Of a stretch of 29,492 nucleotides of DNA, positions 16,612 to 26,104 are shown one piece after another. Under the pieces are notes generated by a model. It made no database searches and was not told the origin of the DNA. It worked only from the letters and a program-made list of their open reading frames with translations. How positions within the stretch are numbered: the stretch's first letter is position 1; every line of letters begins with the position of its first letter. Made by a program: the position numbers and the translations under genes. This DNA is from Desulfurococcaceae archaeon (lineage in GTDB: Archaea; Thermoproteota; Thermoprotei_A; Sulfolobales; Desulfurococcaceae). The DNA lies in contig JAWBAI010000012.1 of assembly GCA_038816475.1 (NCBI GenBank), forward strand, positions 1 through 29,492, written 5' to 3'.

Positions 16612-19600
16612 TAAGAAGAACCCTTTGCCATGCTCTTCGTATGCCTATAGATAATGTAGGCTACTCCGCTCAGGAATACTGCAACAAGGATTATTATAAT
16701 GAGCTTGAACAGGTCCACGGGAGGCTGCTGAACTGTAGGTGTCTGAGTCACCTCCTCTGGTACGTACACTACTCTGATCTCCTCTTCGAACTCGTAGATC
16801 GAACCGTAGATGTCGCGGTACTTTACTACGAGCTTGCAAGTGTCATCAGCATAGGGTGTTCTCACCTCAACTCTAAATGGTGTTTGCGATGCAGGGTCAA
16901 CATCACCTATGATACTCATAGCCTCGGTTTCTCCGTATTTCACGTAAACAACAACACTCCGCGCTACTGAGATCCCCGTGTTAACTAGTACACCGCTAAC
17001 GAGTAGTGATCCCCTGGTGTACCTTGCTGTTGCTCCGGGGACTAGCCGGAGCTCTATGAAGGGTGCTATCATCGCGCTGAGTGTTGTGTTGAAGGAGCGC
17101 GGTGTTCCTGCTATGTCCACGTAGAGCACAGCTACTCTGAATACAGCTGAAGTTGGTGAAACCGCTAATCCACCGGCAGCGAGCACCTGTACCGGGTTAT
17201 ATACAAGCTCGTACCTGAGCTTAACACTGGAGTATGAGTCGAGCTTTTCAATGTACTTGACAGCTCCCTGGGGTATAGCGTTTCCTGTTTCGGGTATTAG
17301 AGCTACGTAAACGTTGCTCACGGGTGCACCGTAGTTGTTCACGAGTAGTATGTCCAGGTGGGCTGTTCCATTACCGAACACAACTACGGGGGTTAAGGTG
17401 CGAACCTCCAGTAACGGTGGGGATGTTAGTAAGCTAATGGTAAAGTTCGAGGAAACCTCGTAGACGAACCCCCAGTGATCAACAAAGCTCAGTGCGTAGG
17501 GTATAGTGAGCTGTGGGGAGTCAACTCTTTCTATGTTAAGAGATACAATGTAAACTACGAACTCACCTTTACTCACGACTTGAACCACGGGTTGCTGCAC
17601 CAGCTGTTGAATAACTCTAGCTGCATCGCCTGGTAGCCCGAACAGCATTGTGTACGCTTGCTGTGGGGATACTCCAATCGGTAGAGCGGTTGCCACTGAA
17701 CTATTTGTTCTTGAATCAACAATACCCGGTGGTAAATGCAACCTTAGAACAGGACTGTGAACTGAAGGTAGCTCCCTGTTTATGAACACTAGGTAGAGTT
17801 GAGCACCGTGAACAGGTGGTTCAAGGGGCGTGGTTACCCATCCAGAGGCTAAGAACTCAATAACATCTTCATCGCTTTGAACAAGAATGCTCACCCAGTG
17901 ATGCGTTCTCTTCCTAACTCCCCCACCAGCTGTTTGCACAAAGTAGTCTAGCTCGACCAGAGCTCGGTGTAATCCAACGCTACAGTTGTTCATGTCAAGT
18001 GTGAAGGATACTGTTGTCGTCTGTAGAGAAGCCAAAGGTCCAGAAACGTAGAGTGTCCCCGGTGTTCCCTCACGTATACTCATGCACTCCGGTGTCTCCA
18101 GGTTAACCCAGACCGAGTAAACAGTGTAGGGTTCAAGGTTAGCTATCACGAGCTGTAGTACAGCACCACGGGTTCTCGGGAAAACCGGGTTATTGTTTAA
18201 CCACATGTAGCTTGAAATTACTAGGCCTTCGCCAGCCGGGTATTCAGGTAAGTGCACTTTAGCTGTTAATCGTTGCGTTTGAAGAACGTTCGTTCCAAGG
18301 TTAACGTTGTACTTGGCCAATAGACTTATGGTCTTCAAGCCGCTTGAGCTACTCGAGAGATTGAAGTAGAAAACAGCTACGCAGGTATCACCCGGTAACA
18401 GCCTAGTAGCGCACTCGGTGACACTGTTCAGGGCTTCCACGTCATTAGGAGTTACACTTTCAACGTACAAGTGCACGTTGAAAGCATCAACTATCCCTCT
18501 GTTCTGGAGAACAATAGTTAAGGGAGCTCTAGCGCTACCAGGGTAAACGTAAATTGGTGTTCCCTCACCCCAGTATACGTCTACAACCTCGAGCACTGGT
18601 AGCAGAGGGATAAGTTTGGATAGGTTCTCCACGGGTACACTGATGTACCGGAGGACCTCGAAGTACCTGAAGGAACCATCACGAGCTCTCAGAGTACCCA
18701 TGATTCTAACCACGAACTGGTATACGCCTGGTTCGGTGCTTACCGGTATCAGAATGTTGCTGAACACCACCTCGACCAGGGAACCCGGGTTAACGTTAAC
18801 GTTGTAAGCCTTCATCTTATCGGGGTAGATAACACCGCTTGGTACTACTACTTCTACAACAGCGTCTTCCACTCTCAGCTCGGTTTCACTATTGTAGAGA
18901 ACCAGCACAAGGTTATTACCGCTTGAACCCGGGTAGGCATAGCTCTGTTGCCACGTTGAGCGTTCGACTCCAACTCGGATCTCTCTGTAGCTCAGAGGTA
19001 CCACCAGCAGGAGCTCGGTTGAGGTAGGATACCTTGATCCATCCCTTGATACTAAGCCGTGGAGCAGTACTCTGGCCTTGACGTAGGTTGCGTTATCATG
19101 CAGGTTTATCCCTGTATAGCTGATCCACGCGGTTTCGAGATAGCTCAGCGTTGTCTCGTGTTCGTACACGACCATGGAAGATCCGTTAACATGCTCAGCG
19201 TTCTCGAGAACCACGTAGGAGTAGAGTAGCTCTAGCGTCCCTGGCTCCTCGGACCTCAAGAGTACTCTTAAACCAGTGTTTCTGAAGCCGGGTATGTCTA
19301 CACCTGATGTTAAACCGTAGTCTAGAACAGCTATCTTCAAGCCGGGGGGATCACCGAGGAACAGCTCGAACCTGTAGCTCTCCTCGTAGCTGTATACCAC
19401 ACCGTCATCTGTAACAAGCTGAGCACTCACGTGTAGAACGCCGGTGTAACTAGTGTTAGAGATTGCAGAGGGGCTTATGCAGGTAGATCCGAGGTCCACG
19501 TAGGTACTGACGCCTGGCTCGAATCTACCAGCGTAGCTGGTGTTCAACGTGAAAGGATCAGCGAGTTCCGGGGGTAGTTCAGCAGTTAATCTCATTCCAG

Positions 19601-20186
19601 TGATGCTCGTAGACCCTCTGTTCTCCAATCCCACAACGAGGCGAACAGGGCATGCCCCGGGATAACCGTAGGGTGTGAAGTAAGCGTCTTTTACGCTTAG
19701 TTTCATCGGAGGATACTCTGAGACCGAAAGATCAACGATGAGCACTCGCCAGGTTAGTACGTTGTTCACGTAGTAGGTTAAGTTTACAAGAGCGCTGTAG
19801 TTGCCAGGTGCAACGGCTCTATCTACGCTGAGTACGTAGGTGAAGTAGACAGCACTGCCGGGTTCAACGATGGGTAGTACATTGCCTTCGCCGTCTCTTG
19901 CTGGTACGCAACTGCTGGTGGCTTTGAAACCCACTGGTAGATCTCCGATGCATGCAACCGGGTTCAAGGCGTTATCTGGTCCCATGTACCTTGCTGTAAT
20001 TACTAATCTAGCGTTGCTACTACCCGGGTACACGCTTCCACCAGTCGCGGATTTAAAAGACGCTTCCTGCAGTACCCAGTCTTCAGTGCTAGATCTTGCC
20101 ACGAAGGGTGCGTACAATACAGCATTAAGTAGAAACAGTGCAATTACGAGCACAACGCTTCTTCTAGGCGGGTATTTAGCGCTCAT
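16611..20186 (-). CDS. Large membrane-anchored surface protein (COG1361/S-layer-like beta-sandwich repeats)
   Basis: Signal peptide, repeated YPGS/FP-initiated beta-rich modules, many NxS/T sequons, and a C-terminal TM helix with a basic tail. The RBS AGGTG supports ATG 20186 (the ORF track starts at 20195). Confidence 0.8.
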   Translation of the reverse strand: MSAKYPPRRSVVLVIALFLLNAVLYAPFVARSSTEDWVLQEASFKSATGGSVYPGSSNARLVITARYMGPDNALNPVACIGDLPVGFKATSSCVPARDGEGNVLPIVEPGSAVYFTYVLSVDRAVAPGNYSALVNLTYYVNNVLTWRVLIVDLSVSEYPPMKLSVKDAYFTPYGYPGACPVRLVVGLENRGSTSITGMRLTAELPPELADPFTLNTSYAGRFEPGVSTYVDLGSTCISPSAISNTSYTGVLHVSAQLVTDDGVVYSYEESYRFELFLGDPPGLKIAVLDYGLTSGVDIPGFRNTGLRVLLRSEEPGTLELLYSYVVLENAEHVNGSSMVVYEHETTLSYLETAWISYTGINLHDNATYVKARVLLHGLVSRDGSRYPTSTELLLVVPLSYREIRVGVERSTWQQSYAYPGSSGNNLVLVLYNSETELRVEDAVVEVVVPSGVIYPDKMKAYNVNVNPGSLVEVVFSNILIPVSTEPGVYQFVVRIMGTLRARDGSFRYFEVLRYISVPVENLSKLIPLLPVLEVVDVYWGEGTPIYVYPGSARAPLTIVLQNRGIVDAFNVHLYVESVTPNDVEALNSVTECATRLLPGDTCVAVFYFNLSSSSSGLKTISLLAKYNVNLGTNVLQTQRLTAKVHLPEYPAGEGLVISSYMWLNNNPVFPRTRGAVLQLVIANLEPYTVYSVWVNLETPECMSIREGTPGTLYVSGPLASLQTTTVSFTLDMNNCSVGLHRALVELDYFVQTAGGGVRKRTHHWVSILVQSDEDVIEFLASGWVTTPLEPPVHGAQLYLVFINRELPSVHSPVLRLHLPPGIVDSRTNSSVATALPIGVSPQQAYTMLFGLPGDAARVIQQLVQQPVVQVVSKGEFVVYIVSLNIERVDSPQLTIPYALSFVDHWGFVYEVSSNFTISLLTSPPLLEVRTLTPVVVFGNGTAHLDILLVNNYGAPVSNVYVALIPETGNAIPQGAVKYIEKLDSYSSVKLRYELVYNPVQVLAAGGLAVSPTSAVFRVAVLYVDIAGTPRSFNTTLSAMIAPFIELRLVPGATARYTRGSLLVSGVLVNTGISVARSVVVYVKYGETEAMSIIGDVDPASQTPFRVEVRTPYADDTCKLVVKYRDIYGSIYEFEEEIRVVYVPEEVTQTPTVQQPPVDLFKLIIIILVAVFLSGVAYIIYRHTKSMAKGSS

Positions 20187-20195
20187 GCATAACAC

Positions 20196-20915
20196 CTAAA
20201 GCTTACTCAGTATACACTCCGTTTTAAACGGTTCGCGGCTATCTACAATGGAGCCATCCCTTAACACGTAGATTTTCTCCGTACAGTGGGCTATCTCGGG
20301 GTCATGCGTAACCACGACTATTGTTAAACCGCGCTCTACGTTTAGCTTTGCAAAGGTCTCTACAACGGTTTTCGCAGAAGCTCTATCCAGGTTTCCGGTG
20401 GGTTCATCTGCTAGCAGGATCTCGGGGTTACCGACAATGGCTCTCGCGATAGCTACCCTTTGCTGTTGTCCACCGCTTAGTTGACTTGGCTTTTTGCTAA
20501 GCCAGGATAGATCACCGCCCACAGCTAGGAGAGCTTTCTCAACCAGTTCTCTTCTGTACTTCGGTTGCAAGCCCCTGGGTAACAATGGTAGCTCAATGTT
20601 CTCGTAGACTGTTAACCTGTTGATCAAGTTGAAGAACTGGAAGACAAAACCTATCTTCCTGTTCCTCAGACTCGAGATCCCGTGGTCGGGTAGCTTAAGA
20701 ACATTTACACCATCAATGTACACTTCACCGCGAGTCGGCTTATCGAGTAATCCAAGTATGTTGAGCAGTGTTGTCTTTCCGGAGCCGCTGGGACCCATAA
20801 TAGAGATAAAGGAGCCACGAGCAATTGACAGGTTAACACCGCGTAGTGCAGGGTATTCAACACTTCCAACTCTATACACTTTCCAAACATCTACGAGTTT
20901 CGCGATTTCACCCAT
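20196..20915 (-). CDS. LolD/MacB-type ABC ATP-binding protein
   Basis: Motifs GPSGSGKT, IGFVFQFFNL, LSGGQQQRVAIARA, LADEPTGNLD and VVTHD. Confidence 0.95.
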   Translation of the reverse strand: MGEIAKLVDVWKVYRVGSVEYPALRGVNLSIARGSFISIMGPSGSGKTTLLNILGLLDKPTRGEVYIDGVNVLKLPDHGISSLRNRKIGFVFQFFNLINRLTVYENIELPLLPRGLQPKYRRELVEKALLAVGGDLSWLSKKPSQLSGGQQQRVAIARAIVGNPEILLADEPTGNLDRASAKTVVETFAKLNVERGLTIVVVTHDPEIAHCTEKIYVLRDGSIVDSREPFKTECILSKL

Positions 20916-21073
20916 TGGATCACCAGAACACTAGCATGCACAAACCAACCTTAAACTTCTACTAAGTTTAAACAAGCAGAAAGGAACCTTAAGTATGCAT
21001 GTGCCCCTCAGGTCGCCTGTTCGTGCTTATAAAGAATACCTTAGTAATGTATTTTTGACTATGAGGGTCTACT

Positions 21074-21506
21074 TTGTCGATTTTCGAGAAGTTCGCGAGG
21101 AAGTACTTTGAGGAAGCTTTAAGAGACCTGGAGAGAGCTAGAAGAGCTCTACAGTTTGACGATTACCCTCAAGCAGTGTTTTATGCTCAGCAATGCGTTG
21201 TAAAGTGTATATAGGCTCTGCTTGAGGTTAAAAAGAGAGTTGTGTATAATCACGGTCCGGAGCTCGTGGGGATCTTTGCTTTTTGAGGATGAATGGACTG
21301 CGGAGTTTAACGTGATTGTTGAAGCGCTGGAGTACTTGACCGAGTACTACACAAGAGCTAGATACCCGTTTCTGCTTAGAGGTGAGGTTTTTAGCCCTTC
21401 AGAAATAGTTACAAAGGATGTTGCCGAGAAAGGTGTTGAACTAGCAATGGAGACTGTTAAGGTGACGAGAAATTACCTCGTGGGAAGAAGTATTATACGA
21501 AGTTAA
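21074..21506 (+). pseudogene. Disrupted HEPN domain gene
   Basis: From TTG 21074: LSIFEKFARKYFEEALRDLERARR...FYAQQCVVKCI*ALLE...YNHG, with an in-frame TAG at 21212 and a frameshift near 21281. It continues in the 21222 frame as FEDEW...YYTRARYP to TAA 21506. Confidence 0.8.
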
Positions 21507-21534
21507 CCAGGTTGTTAGCAGATTTAACAAAAAG

Positions 21535-21981
21535 TTGAAAGCACTACTGTTGTTCGATAGTAGTATTCATGGGCTCTGGATAGCTAGGGATGTGGACATC
21601 ATGGTTGTTGTAGACAAGTTCTCGTCGGTTGAGGAAAAGCTACTTCTAGAGACCTTGATTGCGAAGTCCCTTAGAAAACTACTGGTTAGAAAACCGGTGG
21701 ATGTTCACGTATTTGACGTTGAGTCCTTCACGGAGAACCTTGAACCAGGTGCAGTAGCTTCAGGGCTTGTAGCAGGCTACATACTTCTGTATGATGAATT
21801 AGGAGTAGAGAGTTTAGTTAGAAACCTAGCCGAGAAAGTTGCGAGGGACAATGTTGTATTATTCAAGCATGGAAAGAAGCTAAATCTATCAGCAATTGCA
21901 AGAGCAAAGCTTTGCGTAAAGCCGCGAACTACTGGTTCACCGACTACACATTGTATGCTCAAAGATAAAAAGCTCTCATAA
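21535..21981 (+). CDS. MNT nucleotidyltransferase-like protein, probably degenerate
   Basis: LLLFDSS...RDVDIMVV and PVDVHVF; the GS motif reads DS. The frame is open back to 21466 with no canonical start after the GGTGA at 21461. Confidence 0.65.
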   Translation: MKALLLFDSSIHGLWIARDVDIMVVVDKFSSVEEKLLLETLIAKSLRKLLVRKPVDVHVFDVESFTENLEPGAVASGLVAGYILLYDELGVESLVRNLAEKVARDNVVLFKHGKKLNLSAIARAKLCVKPRTTGSPTTHCMLKDKKLS

Positions 21982-22051
21982 ATGTGATGACTTTCATTGA
22001 GGGTAACACCTGGAAGCACATGTTCTTTCAGTACTTAGGTTGCATTCTGCT

Positions 22052-22987
22052 TTAGCTGTGCATGGCTTGTGCAACGATAATTACAACTAGTATTAACATG
22101 CACAAGGTAGCGAGAATTAGAGAGCTTAGCGTTGAGTTTTCGAAGTTGTAATGGTAACCTTCGATCAGCTGTATCCAGCTGTTTATTGCCCGTGATACCC
22201 TGTTCTCGAGGTTAATCGAGTACGCATTTAAAATCCTGATGAGCGTGAGCACTCGTTGTGCTGAAGTTACTGTAGCATGCTTCACTCTCTTACTAGGTTT
22301 CTCAAGTCTACCAATGAGCCTGCCGGATGCTAGGGAACCATCTGTTCGTATCCTTGATAAACCAACTTGTAGTTTAGATGATACTACTCTCTGCAGGCTT
22401 TTTTTCTTCCAGTGCACCCATGAATCAAGGGTTATTCTCGTCTTTGTGAGTAGTTCAGCCAGGGTTTCTATAATTCTTGCTTCAGCGTGGAGTATTACTT
22501 CAGCTATACGTACTTGGTGGAATGGTGCTATCAGCGTGAGAGCATTAAGCATAGCTGTGATTGCTACTAATTGTAAGACTAAAACTGAGTTATTCATCTC
22601 TAACCAGTAGTACGATGCCGATACACCGTACCAGCCTAGCGATATAAGCCAGCATCTCGACCTGAACAATGTGCAAATGTACACAATGGAGAGCGCGTAT
22701 CCTGCTAGCGATAAGTAGTTGTTTGAAGGATCAGCGTAGAAGACAAGAGTTAGTAGTAGAATCAGCACTACGTACAGGATTATTCTTCTCACCAGGATGA
22801 GTTTCACCACTATGAAGGCAACGAGTATTTTGAACCCGGCTTCAACGTAGAGTACCTCATCGGTGAGCAACCCGAGAGTGCTCATAAGCAATGCAAGGAA
22901 AATGAACACTTGTTCAAGAAATCGCGGCTTAATAATCAACCCGTGCCCACTGGGTTGGTGGCTACCGTGGTGCTTCAACAGTACCAC
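22052..22987 (-). CDS. Hypothetical membrane protein coupled to the antiporter-like gene
   Basis: About 5 N-terminal hydrophobic segments, a long basic stretch and one C-terminal TM helix. GAGGAG RBS upstream; TTG 22978 is an alternative start. Confidence 0.6.
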   Translation of the reverse strand: MVLLKHHGSHQPSGHGLIIKPRFLEQVFIFLALLMSTLGLLTDEVLYVEAGFKILVAFIVVKLILVRRIILYVVLILLLTLVFYADPSNNYLSLAGYALSIVYICTLFRSRCWLISLGWYGVSASYYWLEMNNSVLVLQLVAITAMLNALTLIAPFHQVRIAEVILHAEARIIETLAELLTKTRITLDSWVHWKKKSLQRVVSSKLQVGLSRIRTDGSLASGRLIGRLEKPSKRVKHATVTSAQRVLTLIRILNAYSINLENRVSRAINSWIQLIEGYHYNFENSTLSSLILATLCMLILVVIIVAQAMHS

Positions 22988-24456
22988 TCCTCTTGAACAT
23001 GTTCGTGAAGAAGTAGATAGTGAACAGCAGTAGCGGGAATGTTACTACTAGTATTAGAGTAGCTTTTCTAAGTAGCATGAACTCTACGTAGTCTAAATAG
23101 CTGAACAACGTTACCATGAAGGAGAAGAGAACGCTGAGAGTACAAGCGCGAGAACGTATGGTTGTAGAATGAAAGCACCCTTAATAACCTCAGCCTGAAG
23201 GACACTTCGTCTTCTTCCAATATGTGCTCGCAGGTAGTTTACATTGTAAACAACTGCTAGAGATGTCTTTAAAGCAACTATTGCGAGCATAAGGATGTAC
23301 AACCAGGATTTCTCAAGGTATTTGGCGATCGATGCGAAGAGAAAGAGCTTTGCGAGAAAACCCATGGAGGGTGGTAGACCGAAGATCGTTAGCACGGTGA
23401 GCAGTACTGATACCGTTTCCGTAGGAGCTATACTAGATATGTAGCCAAGTTTCCTCAGGTTTCTCTCGTGTACTAGGTTTTCTATGAATCCGGTGTCGAG
23501 GAAGAGGGATGCTTTGTAGAGAGTGTGCGCTATGGTGTACACTATGGATGCTTCAACGAACACTATGTCTTCTGTGCTTATGTACAACCCTATCATTAGA
23601 GCAACTAGTGCAACGTTTGAAGTTGTACTGTACGCGAGTAACCTTTTTATATCGGATTGAAGTGAGGCTTGTATTGCTCCGTAGATAGCTGTAATACTTC
23701 CAGATAGCAGTAATGCTGGAACCACGATGTTCTCGTTCATGTTGCAGTGGGATAGAAGATAGAGAGCGAATATACCCATGTTAACCATAACACCAGACAG
23801 TAGAGCTGAGGCTGGTGAAGGCGCGGCCGAGTGTGCATCCGGAAGCCAGAAGTGAAGTGGGAATAGAGCAGCTTTAGCGAAGAAACCTACTAGAACGAGT
23901 AATAGAGCAACAGGGTTCATTAGGGTCATTGCTATGCTTTGAGGACTTAGCTCTAGAGCTTTCTCGAGACCAATGAGTGCTAGTAGTGTAAAGAGAGCTA
24001 CATCAGTTGGTATCATCGAGAACAGCAGGTACTTTAAAGCTGAGTTGTAGGATAGAGTGTTTCCAGTAGCTACGTAATCATATACTACGAGTAGAAATCC
24101 GAAGAGCTCTGCGAGAATCCAGAAAACTACCAGCTCCAATACTGTACTTGAAGTAAAAACGAGGATCATCGATATAGCGAACAAATCAACGAGTGAGACA
24201 AGATCGAGGTTACCGTACTTCAGTTTCGAGTAGTGAACTGCGTATCCGCTGACAACGAGGCTAACCATGATGGAGGTTATTAAGAGAAAATCCATGAACG
24301 GATCTCTGCCTGTTATGTTTGCCAAAAACAAGGAGTAGCCGATCACCTTTAGTAGCAACGCTAAGCTTACGATTTTCCTAGACCACGGTGTATCTCCCGT
24401 TAACACCAGTATTGCTGGCACTGCTCTGCGAAGGTAAAGTATAATAGCTCAATCAC
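22962..24456 (-). pseudogene. Proton-conducting membrane subunit (NuoL/M/N, MrpA/D, HyfB family) with two apparent frameshifts; core ORF 23111-24421
   Basis: Motifs KAALFPLHFWLPDAHSAAPSPASALLSG, QSDIKRLLAYST, AHTLYKASLFL and GLPPSMGFLAK. An out-of-frame N-terminus MIELLYFTFA starts at GTG 24456, and an out-of-frame hydrophobic C-terminus (FMVTLFS...TVEAPR*) ends at 22962. Confidence 0.7.
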
Positions 24457-24888
24457 CTGTATACGGAGGTCTATACCCGGGATTTAACATTGATGTAAAT
24501 ACCAATTTAAATAGCGTTAGAGAGGGTCCCATAAGCTTGTACATTCCCAAATACGATTGCTTATTGGTCGTTAATGTCCTACTAGTAATAGGCATGCGGT
24601 AGAAGCTCGGCAACAATTGACTTGACAGGGAAGCAGGCTTAGCGAGCTCTGAGGGATTTTAGCGTCGGTAGCTGTAAAATGCTATTACAGTGGAAACGAT
24701 GAAGTGCACTCCGCTTAATCTTAAAGTAGGAGCTCTCACAGGGAACCGGTTCTCTTAACTGTTTGAAACGCTGTGTAATCATCGTGAATTTTCGATAACA
24801 CGTGTTCGTATCTACGTGGTTGTAAGTAGGTGTCTTTACTTAGTTTACGTATTTTTATTTTTACTTACGATTTATAGGTATACAGGTG
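24454..24888. repeat. 11-bp perfect inverted repeat (CACCTGTATAC 24454-24464 / GTATACAGGTG 24878-24888) bracketing a divergent intergenic region
   Basis: Read directly from the sequence; the match does not extend past 11 bp. Confidence 0.6.
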
Positions 24889-24894
24889 TCTAGT

Positions 24895-26085
24895 ATGCCC
24901 AGAGGCTGGGTACGAGAGATATATAAATCTAAGCTAAAGGAGCTCTACGAGCGTGGTGAATTCTGGGAGATAAGGAAGCTTATGAGTCCTGCTGGACCGA
25001 GAGTCGTTGTTGAAGGACGAGAAGTAATAATGCTAGCGTCGAACAACTACCTGAATCTTGCTAACGACCCCAGGCTCAAACATGCAGCGTTAGAAGCTAT
25101 GGAGAAGTACGGTTGGGGACCCGGTGCTGTGTGGGCTATTGCAGGTTATCACGAGATTCTAGCTGAGCTCGAGAAGAAGATTGCAGAGTTCAAGAGAACA
25201 GAGGCGGGACTCTTCTTCCCCACGGGTTTTGCTGCTAATGCTGGTACTATACCGGCTCTCGTAGACCAGGGTGATGTTATACTCTCAGATCAGCTGAATC
25301 ACGGTAGCATAATCGATGGTATAAGGTTGTCGCGAGCTGAGAAAATAATATACAACCACTGCGATGTTGGAGACCTCGAGGATAAGCTGAGAAAAGTCCA
25401 CGGAAAGTACAACAAGGTGTTGATTGTAACAGACGGTGTTTTCTCAATGGATGGTGATATAGCACCACTTGACCAGATCACGAAGCTGGCGGACGAGTTT
25501 AACGCGATAGTCTACGTTGATGATGCGCACGGCGAGGGTGTACTAGGTGAAGGTAGAGGTACACCAGCACACTACGGAGTAGAAGAAAAGGTAGACATAC
25601 ACATGGGAACATTCTCCAAGGCCCTTGGATCTAGTGGTGGAATGATAGGCTCGGACTACGAGGTTATAGAGTACATTAGGAACAGGGCTAGAACATGGCT
25701 TCTGAGCACGGGTCCACCTGTTCCAGTAATAGCAGCCAACATCATGGCACTCGAGATCGTGATGAGTCCCGAGGGTAAGGAGAGGATCAGAAGGCTACTG
25801 GACAACGCGAACTACTTCAGAAAAGAGCTACAGTCCATGGGTTTCAACACGGGTAAAAGTCAAACACCCATAATACCCGTTATCATCGGTGATACAAAGA
25901 AAACGAGAGAACTAGCAAAAGCTCTGTTCGAGGAAGGAGTGTTCGTAGTACCAATCGTGTACCCAATGGTACCACGTGGTACAGAGAGGATCAGAAACCA
26001 GGTTAACGCGGATCACACCAAGGAGGACTTGAACAAGGCTTTAGCATTGTACGAGAAGTGGGGAAGAAAGCTAGGGATAATCTAG
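24895..26085 (+). CDS. kbl: Glycine C-acetyltransferase (2-amino-3-ketobutyrate CoA ligase)
   Basis: Motifs ASNNYLNLA, SDQLNHGSIIDG, TDGVFSMDGD, DDAHG and GTFSKALG (PLP Lys); coupled to threonine dehydrogenase. AGGTG RBS supports ATG 24895. Confidence 0.88.
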   Translation: MPRGWVREIYKSKLKELYERGEFWEIRKLMSPAGPRVVVEGREVIMLASNNYLNLANDPRLKHAALEAMEKYGWGPGAVWAIAGYHEILAELEKKIAEFKRTEAGLFFPTGFAANAGTIPALVDQGDVILSDQLNHGSIIDGIRLSRAEKIIYNHCDVGDLEDKLRKVHGKYNKVLIVTDGVFSMDGDIAPLDQITKLADEFNAIVYVDDAHGEGVLGEGRGTPAHYGVEEKVDIHMGTFSKALGSSGGMIGSDYEVIEYIRNRARTWLLSTGPPVPVIAANIMALEIVMSPEGKERIRRLLDNANYFRKELQSMGFNTGKSQTPIIPVIIGDTKKTRELAKALFEEGVFVVPIVYPMVPRGTERIRNQVNADHTKEDLNKALALYEKWGRKLGII

Positions 26086-26104
26086 AAGAGAGGGTGAACC
26101 CTTA

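Noticed and set aside
21212-21214. In-frame TAG in the HEPN gene as pyrrolysine or readthrough
   Set aside because: The same gene also has a frameshift, and TAG is an ordinary stop codon for many genes in this window.
21984-22031. Possible C/D box sRNA starting GTGATGA
   Set aside because: No terminal CTGA D box at a suitable distance.
24486-24501. AACATTGATGTAAATA resembles AACATTCGATGTAAAA at 4708-4723, as a possible guide-target pair
   Set aside because: Short, AT-rich and needs a gap, so it is compatible with chance.
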